Below, one piece after another: positions 29,249 through 36,452 of a stretch of 54,646 nt of DNA. Positions within the stretch are counted from its first letter, which is position 1. Each line of letters starts with the position of its first letter. The notes under the pieces are model-generated. The model did no database searches, was not told where the DNA came from, and saw nothing but the letters and a program-made list of their open reading frames with translations. Source of the DNA: a virus (lineage: Duplodnaviria; Caudoviricetes). Both the position numbers and the translations under genes were made by a program. The stretch lies in IMG/VR virus record IMGVR_UViG_3300044729_003149, positions 1 through 54,646 of that record; one strand, written 5' to 3'.

Positions 29249-30331
29249 TTAGTCAAAATATTTTTGTATAGTCTCATCACGATCAAGATCGTTTGTGACA
29301 CAGTGTATGCCAGCGTCCCAGAAGTATCTGTGTCTAAACGGTGACACATGCACTTCTACACCGTGACGAGCGCAGGCCTGCTCCACTGCATCACTGTGAC
29401 TACTGACCACGATGTTGTGTTGGTCTACCACCAAGATGTTGACATCAAACACAGTTTCTGCTGCATGCCCCACCCAGGAATCAAAGTAGTGTTCCACTGT
29501 GTAACGCAGCGTGGTATCCTGTTCAAATCCAGGCACATACCAACGGCCACGATTGAGCTTCATACAGTCTCTGAATTGCCTGGTGTTAGCAAAGTCACTT
29601 GGCTCAAGATAAACCACCTCCCAGTCCGGAAAGGTATCAGCATAGGTTGGCACATCTCGCAGACTCACAATCAGTCCAGGTGTCACAGCACAATATGTAG
29701 CATCGCCGTGACCCTGTGCGTCAACTATGCGATTGTTGGTGTTGGGAAACAGTTGGTTGACACTGTGTAGTAGTTCGGTTTGATCTTGATCTGGTGTCTG
29801 TGTTGCAAAGTATAGATCGTGTCCCAGTCTTGACACAAAACATCCACTCACAACATCAAGATCTGTGAAACACACAGCATTGCCTTGTTGTTCCACATGA
29901 TCAAAAATGTTGCGGTAACAAGAAAGTTTGGCCTGATGTTGAGCGAGATCTAGACCGTGCCAGGTAGGCCAATCCAGTGATTGGCGCTGAAAAGCACGTT
30001 GTGCATGGACCTGGTTGGGCTGTTGTGGAATCCACAGTTGGTCATGAATCATGACAAAATAATCACGTGGAGTCACTGGAGGCGGTGCCCAACGATCTCC
30101 AATTTTCATGTCATGAAGGTCGCAGGGCAGTGCGGGACGAATTACCTCAACACCAAACCTACACAGCAGTGCAATCAGCTGCTGAAAATCTTGCTCGGTT
30201 TCTTCGGCCAGTTGTTCAAACTTTTTTCTGGTGTCAGCATTGGTTATCCAGTGATAGAATTCAGGTGGGTAGGTCCTACCCACCACACACACTTTCAATG
30301 GATCCCAATGCTGATATACCGAATATGTCAA
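29249..30331 (-). CDS. amidinotransferase-family protein (glycine/inosamine amidinotransferase-like)
   Basis: WDPLK..VVG, TPRD, GHGD, FDVN, C-terminal GIHC. Confidence 0.8.
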   Translation of the reverse strand: MTYSVYQHWDPLKVCVVGRTYPPEFYHWITNADTRKKFEQLAEETEQDFQQLIALLCRFGVEVIRPALPCDLHDMKIGDRWAPPPVTPRDYFVMIHDQLWIPQQPNQVHAQRAFQRQSLDWPTWHGLDLAQHQAKLSCYRNIFDHVEQQGNAVCFTDLDVVSGCFVSRLGHDLYFATQTPDQDQTELLHSVNQLFPNTNNRIVDAQGHGDATYCAVTPGLIVSLRDVPTYADTFPDWEVVYLEPSDFANTRQFRDCMKLNRGRWYVPGFEQDTTLRYTVEHYFDSWVGHAAETVFDVNILVVDQHNIVVSSHSDAVEQACARHGVEVHVSPFRHRYFWDAGIHCVTNDLDRDETIQKYFD

Positions 30332-30588
30332 AGAGTCTTGCCCACCGTTTCAAGAATGGTATTTAGATCTTCGTTGTCGGCGTTTTCTTCGCTGAGTCGC
30401 GACTTGTAGGCAATCTTGATTGCTCGTTTGAGAATGGCAGGTTTGATTTCAAGTTCTTCGGCCACGGCCTTGACAGTGTCAGAGAGTCCGCCCTGCAGGG
30501 TTTCCACTTCCATCATAACCTGCATGCCTTCATTGACGACTTGGGTAAGTTTGGCTTTTTGCTCACTGGTAAAGACTCGAGATGTCAT
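30328..30588 (-). CDS. small dsDNA-binding protein (T4 DsbA/GapR-like)
   Basis: 86 aa helical; DTVKAVAEELEIKPAILKRAIKIAYK. Confidence 0.65.
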   Translation of the reverse strand: MTSRVFTSEQKAKLTQVVNEGMQVMMEVETLQGGLSDTVKAVAEELEIKPAILKRAIKIAYKSRLSEENADNEDLNTILETVGKTL

Positions 30589-30614
30589 AGTTGTCTCCTA
30601 GTTAAAACACAGCA

Positions 30615-30643
30615 ACTATAACAGGTTATTGTTATAAAGTCAA
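30615..30643 (-). promoter_or_regulatory. sigma70 promoter
   Basis: TTGACT-17-TATAGT with extended -10 TG. Confidence 0.7.
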
Positions 30644-31348
30644 TGCAATTTGGTCTATGATGGCTTGAGCAAAAATGGCGTGTTGCTCAACAGTGGGATG
30701 ATTCATGAAACGACCATTTTCCAATCTTTGTAGATTGTTAACACAGCTAATAGACTCAAACCAAGGACCAAAAAATTTATTGGTGTGCAATGTAAAGTCG
30801 TACAAGTTGGTCCAAAACACGGCCTGGCCGCCCTGTTGTTTGATCAGTGTGTTAAGAAACAGTATTTCCCAAATTGATGCAATCTCTACATCGCGCAGTT
30901 CGTCATCTAATTGGTAAATCACATAGTTTTTGCCCACCTCACCTAGGTCTGAATAAGGCTTACGCGAATGTGGATCTGCCAGTTGAATTCCCACATAGCC
31001 GCCAAGCTTGGTACCTCCACACACATTGGGAAATCTTGCTTGATCTTCTAATATGAAGTGCATAGGGTCCTGAAATCCGCGCTGCGTGTTGTCGTATATC
31101 AATAATCGCAGCGGTGATGTCACGCCTACCACCACCAATGGACGGCGCCCGGGGTTTTGATTGAACCATTCTAGCATGCGCCATTTGTAGTTAAAATTGG
31201 TGGCACTGCAGATGCCAAGGTTGGTTAGCGGCAAATCAAAATGCCTAGCAACCAATATAGGAAAGATATGCTGCTCACGATCATAGTCGGTGAGATCGGC
31301 CCCCCAGGTCCAACTGTCACCCACAGTTACTACTGAATCAAACGTCAT
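30632..31348 (-). CDS. SGNH/GDSL-like protein (paralogue 7)
   Basis: VGDSWTWG, SATN, NHPT..QH. Confidence 0.65.
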   Translation of the reverse strand: MTFDSVVTVGDSWTWGADLTDYDREQHIFPILVARHFDLPLTNLGICSATNFNYKWRMLEWFNQNPGRRPLVVVGVTSPLRLLIYDNTQRGFQDPMHFILEDQARFPNVCGGTKLGGYVGIQLADPHSRKPYSDLGEVGKNYVIYQLDDELRDVEIASIWEILFLNTLIKQQGGQAVFWTNLYDFTLHTNKFFGPWFESISCVNNLQRLENGRFMNHPTVEQHAIFAQAIIDQIALTL

Positions 31349-32106
31349 TTTTCTTCGATGTAATCTTGTGCAGGATCTTGTTGGGCGCGACGTTTTTGAA
31401 ACAGACGCACTGCCATGTCTGCATGGTCAATGTTGCGGAATCGATGCGGCAATTGGCGTTGACCATGATGTATGGTGAATCCCTGATCTTCGTCACCATG
31501 AATCTCTAACACAGCACCGTCTTCCATGGTCATGGTCTTGACCGGACTGTTAGCTGCTGTGAGATCTGCGGCAAGTTTGTCACCAATTTCATGACCAACT
31601 TCGCTGTCGGCCGGATGTGGAGGTGTTGCACCGTCTGGAGTGCTCAGTGTTGCACTGTAAGGACCAGTGGCTGTGTCTTGATCGGTCTCGCTGACTTTGG
31701 AATCACGCGGTGTGAAACTACGATCTTTTTGATCACGCGATTTCAAATCGCTATCCTTGGTGTCACGATCTTTGAGTTCGTCTTGATGCCGGTCTCTCAG
31801 GCTGTCAAGATAGTCCACAAAGTCGCGCTTGACTTTGCTCAGCATGTCCTCTTCGATGTCAGCCATGGTTTCTGCTAGACTGGCCCGGGGTTCACGACTT
31901 TCCCCACCCACCATGTAACCTGCAGCAGGGTGTTTGGGATCTTTTTTCTTGCTCAGCACCGTACTGATATCTTTGGGTTTGAACAGCGCCGGTAACTGTG
32001 GCACTGACTGTTGTTGTTTGTTGAGTCCGTGACTCACCGACACTGGTGTAATTTTGGCCTCCAGCACAGATAATTTTTGCAACAGTGATCTTATGTCGTT
32101 ACTCAT
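31345..32106 (-). CDS. hypothetical protein, probably virion-internal
   Basis: N-terminus MSNDIRSLLQKLSVLE; several internal xxE breaks. Confidence 0.6.
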   Translation of the reverse strand: MSNDIRSLLQKLSVLEAKITPVSVSHGLNKQQQSVPQLPALFKPKDISTVLSKKKDPKHPAAGYMVGGESREPRASLAETMADIEEDMLSKVKRDFVDYLDSLRDRHQDELKDRDTKDSDLKSRDQKDRSFTPRDSKVSETDQDTATGPYSATLSTPDGATPPHPADSEVGHEIGDKLAADLTAANSPVKTMTMEDGAVLEIHGDEDQGFTIHHGQRQLPHRFRNIDHADMAVRLFQKRRAQQDPAQDYIEEK

Positions 32107-32543
32107 GCTCGTTGTGTCTTAAGAAAACTGCGAATCTGCCACAGATATTTTCCGTGTGCGCTTTGACGTTCGGCCATGAAGTTTGCAATGTCTTCACGAC
32201 GTTCTTGCTGTGCGACTTCAAACACCTGCATCGTAAGTTCAATCATGCGTTCAGTATCAACTTTTAATTCTTCCAGCATGAGCTGTGCTCTGGGCACCTT
32301 GGTTTGACCGCTGATCTGTGTTAGCTCTTGAAAGCGTTCAAAACTGCCCGGTGCATAGTCGTCTAGGGTACGGATATATTCAGCCATTTGGTCAGTGGCA
32401 CCATAAGCATCTTGGTAAATTTTACTGAAGAACTTATGCAGTTGCGAAAAATCAGGTCCCTCCACATTCCAGTGGAACATGTGGGCCTTGAGATAGTAGG
32501 CAAAATTACTGGCCAAAAGCTGTTTCAACAAATCACTTAGCAC
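32103..32543 (-). CDS. dps: Dps-family ferritin-like protein
   Basis: KAHMFHWNVEGPDFSQLHKFF, DQMAEYIR, HGKYLW; GTG start at 32543. Confidence 0.9.
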   Translation of the reverse strand: MLSDLLKQLLASNFAYYLKAHMFHWNVEGPDFSQLHKFFSKIYQDAYGATDQMAEYIRTLDDYAPGSFERFQELTQISGQTKVPRAQLMLEELKVDTERMIELTMQVFEVAQQERREDIANFMAERQSAHGKYLWQIRSFLKTQRA

Positions 32544-32709
32544 GTTTTTTCCTTGGTTTGGCAGCCATGACCGGCGCCGCATTTTTCATAGCATATTTAC
32601 CTGACAACAGATTTCCGCCCATTCTTGATATCGTGCCCATGGGCATGGTCACAGGCGCAATGGCTGCTGATGTGGTTGATACATTTTCCGTTATTTCATG
32701 CAGTCGCAT
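32533..32709 (-). CDS. small protein with capsid-targeting-like N-terminus
   Basis: MRLHEITE...; basic tail. Confidence 0.65.
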   Translation of the reverse strand: MRLHEITENVSTTSAAIAPVTMPMGTISRMGGNLLSGKYAMKNAAPVMAAKPRKKRAK

Positions 32710-33010
32710 TGGCTTCTTCCGGTACGTAGATCTGTATGCTGCCATCATTGGCAATAATGGCCGAACCCGACACTATTTCTAGATCCTGCATATGAATTTT
32801 GCTGTGCTCAGGATCTACCATTTCCAAACGCACACGATAGCGTCCAGCTGGTGCGTTCAACACAATGTTTTCTTCCAGGTACACACCTTCCCAGACCCAA
32901 GTGCGCTCACAAAACAATTCGTCAGCAACATATACTCTGTAGCGTGGTGGCTGATTGAACCACTCACAAAATACTTTACATTTGGCCACTGCTCCAAAGG
33001 TCTGCATCAT
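32696..33010 (-). CDS. hypothetical beta-rich protein
   Basis: 104 aa, operon packed. Confidence 0.7.
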   Translation of the reverse strand: MMQTFGAVAKCKVFCEWFNQPPRYRVYVADELFCERTWVWEGVYLEENIVLNAPAGRYRVRLEMVDPEHSKIHMQDLEIVSGSAIIANDGSIQIYVPEEANATA

Positions 33011-33192
33011 GATATCCTTGTGACATTGCTGACCAGGGCGTCTTTGCCATACTGTGCCTGCAGCAACAGTCGTGCCATGGCAGGAGACTTGGCAAATATC
33101 GCGGTGTCAACGCTCATGCTGTAGTCAGGGTGCTTGACCTTGACCTGAGCACGGTACACATGAAATCCTGCAAATATTTCTGAGGCTCTCAT
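33007..33192 (-). CDS. small protein with MRASEI N-terminus
   Basis: 61 aa; ATGA overlaps. Confidence 0.7.
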   Translation of the reverse strand: MRASEIFAGFHVYRAQVKVKHPDYSMSVDTAIFAKSPAMARLLLQAQYGKDALVSNVTRIS

Positions 33193-33647
33193 GATGCCAC
33201 CTTTCTCAATACCATGACATCTGAACCAGATGCAGCTATCTTTGCTCGCTTTTCTGGGCTCAACTTAGACATGTCAAATTGACGATATCCCACACTGTCT
33301 GCAAATCTTTTGATCAAGCTTTGATATACTTTGCTACGACTGCCGCCTTTGGCTGAGAATATGAATACCCTGGGTTGATATCCACGTAGATATTCTCTAA
33401 ATGCTTCTAGCACAGTGCCCAGCACTCTGTTGGCATCTCCTCCGCCAGTCATGTCATAACTGTCGTTGCGTGAGAATTCTACTTCAACAGTACTGGCAGA
33501 CAAGGGAATAAACTTGATGTCAATGTAGCCACCCTGTCTATCGTAAGCACGACCATGCATTTCTTCCGGACCAAAATGGTCGTTCCACTCTATGGGAAAA
33601 CTGGTTTCCGGATCGTACAGTTCGGTGATAAACTCTTGAGATCGCAT
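33189..33647 (-). CDS. putative capsid-targeted internal protein
   Basis: MRSQEFITE N-terminus; FSAKGGSRSKVY motif. Confidence 0.7.
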   Translation of the reverse strand: MRSQEFITELYDPETSFPIEWNDHFGPEEMHGRAYDRQGGYIDIKFIPLSASTVEVEFSRNDSYDMTGGGDANRVLGTVLEAFREYLRGYQPRVFIFSAKGGSRSKVYQSLIKRFADSVGYRQFDMSKLSPEKRAKIAASGSDVMVLRKVAS

Positions 33648-33648
33648 G

Positions 33649-35109
33649 TCAATGGAACATTAAGTAACTGTCTGCCACGTCTCGTCTTTTGGCAGCACGA
33701 TCCCCAGCGCCAGGTTGCACAATCACATTCCATTTTGGTGGGGCGTACACTGGCACTTTTGTAATTGTACCGTCTTTCTCTAGTTTTTCCTTGTAGCCAA
33801 TTGGCCCTGGCTCGGGGATATCCAACATCTGATCATAAGTTATGATACTGTTTATATCTACTTTGTATTGTTGAGCCAGGCGTTGACGGAACGTTTCCAG
33901 TGCTTCTTGACTCTTGAACTGTGTACGACCCTTGGCATCTTTGATCAGCTTGTTGCCGTCACGGGCAATCAAATCAAAGAACATGTCCTTGGGCACAGTT
34001 ACGCCTTGCTTGACCACCTTGCCTGCGGCTTTTTGCAGTTCAACTTTCTTTTCTTGGCCACGCTTGCTGCCTGAGCTAAAATTGATAAGGAAATTTTCTG
34101 GGCTGTCACCGGTGGCCACATCCGCCATTTTTGTATATGCATAAAACATGACGTCAGGATTGGCTTCGGCCACTTTGTATGCTAGATCCAGGTATTCTTT
34201 GCTGAAGAAGTCGCCAGCATCGTGCCAACGCACTACCAGTTGAATACCATGTTTGTCAGTTTTCTTTTTGATAGTGCCAATTTCTTTATTCACTGTGCTC
34301 ATGTAGCCGTCAGGATCGTTCACCAGGAAGTTCAAGGCCTGTGCTGCTGACATAGAGCTGGCCGGGAACATCACATAGCCGCCCTTGCGAGCATAACAGA
34401 ACAGTTGGCAAGCACCTGCACCAGGGCAGGTTGTGATCTCTACAAAGTCGCCAGTATCTTCGTCAACAACAATGCCACTCAAGGCAGGCAGAGTCAGATC
34501 ATAAATGATTTCACCCTCAGTGGCTGACTTCTCCATCTTGGCATTGGTACCAAGAATGGCCTTGGGGCGTGTGGTGATTTGACGAGCTAGATCATCAAGA
34601 TCCCATGCGGTCTCACCATCGTCCATGACAATGGCCTTGATGTTGCTGCCATGAATGATGGGAGCCAGTTTGTCTTTCTTGGTCTTGGTTCCGGTCTTGA
34701 TACGATCTGCATAGGCCTGCAGTTCATCTCGTGGCATGCGACGCTGTGGCGCATTGAGTTTGATGGCTTCGTTTAACTCTAATTCACTTTCGGGAAAAGC
34801 AATATAACTGTCGCCGTTGATGTCGCCAATGCGCACAACAAATACACCGCCTTCGTCGTCGCCTTCATTTTGTCCGATTGACCATCCCATGGCTGCAAGT
34901 GCTTTTTCTGCACGTGGATCTTCATCACCGTGCCACCACTTTGCAGCCAACCGGCGCAGAATTTCTTCTTGGTCAGGCTCTCTATCATCACCAGTGCCAG
35001 GAGCAAATTCATTTAATCCGGCTTGTTGATCTTCAATGTTCAAGACCTTGATGGGAAATCCGCCCAGAGTGCGTCCACGACTTTCTAGTGTAAATTCTTT
35101 AGCTCGCAT
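33649..35109 (-). CDS. modular protein with Gp88-like (radical-SAM-related) C-terminal domain
   Basis: MRAKEFTLE; two LNE breaks; TCPGAGACQLFCYA, VRWHDAGDFFS, FYAYTK. Confidence 0.7.
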   Translation of the reverse strand: MRAKEFTLESRGRTLGGFPIKVLNIEDQQAGLNEFAPGTGDDREPDQEEILRRLAAKWWHGDEDPRAEKALAAMGWSIGQNEGDDEGGVFVVRIGDINGDSYIAFPESELELNEAIKLNAPQRRMPRDELQAYADRIKTGTKTKKDKLAPIIHGSNIKAIVMDDGETAWDLDDLARQITTRPKAILGTNAKMEKSATEGEIIYDLTLPALSGIVVDEDTGDFVEITTCPGAGACQLFCYARKGGYVMFPASSMSAAQALNFLVNDPDGYMSTVNKEIGTIKKKTDKHGIQLVVRWHDAGDFFSKEYLDLAYKVAEANPDVMFYAYTKMADVATGDSPENFLINFSSGSKRGQEKKVELQKAAGKVVKQGVTVPKDMFFDLIARDGNKLIKDAKGRTQFKSQEALETFRQRLAQQYKVDINSIITYDQMLDIPEPGPIGYKEKLEKDGTITKVPVYAPPKWNVIVQPGAGDRAAKRRDVADSYLMFH

Positions 35110-35697
35110 TCAATAACCTCTTTTGAGTCTTTCGTATCTCATTTGATCTGTTGTACGTTTGGGATCAAATGCTGTTTGAAAAGGATCTTCAACCGGTGCT
35201 CGCCAACTGTTGGGATCAGCTCGGTCTAGATTGGTTCCACCTCCACCCTGAGAAATTTTGGGCAGGGGTGCGATCTTGACTGCTGGCGTTTGTGGCATGG
35301 GTGCGGGTTTGACTGCTGGCGTTTGTGGCACAGGTGCAGTCTTGACTGCTGGCGTTTGTGGTACAGTTGTGCCAATATTTTGACTTCTATATTCGTTGGG
35401 TGTTAATTTACGACCAGCTTTTTCATCAGCGCCTAACATATCACCAATACCAAGAAAATTTCCAGCTCGTTGGCTGGCCTTTTGCTGGGCCGACCATCTT
35501 TGAAGAGCTGCACGATCAACTGGTTCTGTTTCCAGTGTGCCGCCACCTAAAATTTCTTTTCTAATAAGTTCAGGAGTTCGTTCAACCCCTCCTATTACTG
35601 GATATTTTGGGGTTACTCCGGTGGCACGCTCGGCATCAATCTGTTTAAAGATTTCATTGTAATCTAAGATTTCACTCACAAACTCTGTAGCTCTCAC
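35110..35697 (-). CDS. putative capsid-targeted protein with proline-rich repeats
   Basis: GTG start giving (M)RATEFVSE; PQTPAVKxAPx x3. Confidence 0.7.
   Translation of the reverse strand: MRATEFVSEILDYNEIFKQIDAERATGVTPKYPVIGGVERTPELIRKEILGGGTLETEPVDRAALQRWSAQQKASQRAGNFLGIGDMLGADEKAGRKLTPNEYRSQNIGTTVPQTPAVKTAPVPQTPAVKPAPMPQTPAVKIAPLPKISQGGGGTNLDRADPNSWRAPVEDPFQTAFDPKRTTDQMRYERLKRGY
35261..35361. repeat. 33-bp tandem repeat x3 (coding)
   Basis: TTGACTGCTGGCGTTTGTGG at 35276, 35309, 35342. Confidence 0.9.
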
Positions 35698-36452
35698 TTG
35701 TTTCTTCCTGATTTCATGTTTGCACACCAGTGAGCCATGCGCTGGCGCTCGCCTGATGAATTTTTTGCAATGCTTCTCAATTTACTTATGGACTGTTTGC
35801 AGTTCACTCCTGCTCGTCGGGCTCTGCCTGGGCGGCTTTTGCCCTTGACTTTACCGTCGGCAAAGTTTTCGTTTAATGAATCCTTCAAGAACTGTTCGCC
35901 AGCGCTAGTTACATACCAATATCCATCGTCATCTACAATATAACCGTTGTCGCTTAAACTGTCTAACACGTTATCATATTCGGAAGTGCGTGATTCATCT
36001 TCTATAAAATCCATACCTAACTTTGTTGCTGTATAGATTGCGTGTAATACAAGAATCTTACCTAAACCTTTACCTCGATATTCAGGATATACTTCGGCGA
36101 TACTACGACCAGTGTCAGCATTATATTGATAAACACCTGCGGGCTCGCCGTCTACTGTCATTGTAGTAGCAAATTTATTACCACCTGATTGAACTGTGAA
36201 ATTGATTTTACTGTTGACTTTACCGTCAGCAAAGTTTTCATTTTGTATTTGACTAGGGCCGTAAACTACAGCATTGGGATTGACACCGTGTTTGGTTTCT
36301 AACTTTCTTATAAGCAACGGAATGTTTTTATTGGGAAAGTTTCTGGCTACCAGTCTAGTGATTGTATTACCGCGATGTTTCCCACGAATATAAACATCCA
36401 CCGGATCATCTGGACCTAAAGCAATTTCACATATAAATTCACTAGCTCTCAT
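35694..36452 (-). CDS. modular protein: capsid-targeting N-terminus, GNAT acetyltransferase domain, basic Cys tail
   Basis: MRASEFICE; VYPEYRGKGLGK (GNAT motif A); NENFADGKV twice. Confidence 0.75.
   Translation of the reverse strand: MRASEFICEIALGPDDPVDVYIRGKHRGNTITRLVARNFPNKNIPLLIRKLETKHGVNPNAVVYGPSQIQNENFADGKVNSKINFTVQSGGNKFATTMTVDGEPAGVYQYNADTGRSIAEVYPEYRGKGLGKILVLHAIYTATKLGMDFIEDESRTSEYDNVLDSLSDNGYIVDDDGYWYVTSAGEQFLKDSLNENFADGKVKGKSRPGRARRAGVNCKQSISKLRSIAKNSSGERQRMAHWCANMKSGRNK
35845..36243. repeat. 30-bp direct repeats flanking the GNAT module
   Basis: TTGACTTTACCGTCRGCAAAGTTTTCRTTT at 35845-35874 and 36214-36243 (2 mismatches, 369 bp apart). Confidence 0.9.

Noticed and set aside
35261-35361. 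33-bp tandem repeat as a regulatory or origin element
   Set aside because: Explained as an in-frame Pro-rich linker expansion (PQTPAVKxAPx).
35845-36243. IS element or diversity-generating retroelement explanation for the direct repeats
   Set aside because: No transposase, inverted repeats or reverse transcriptase in the window; the repeats are too short for a template/variable repeat pair.
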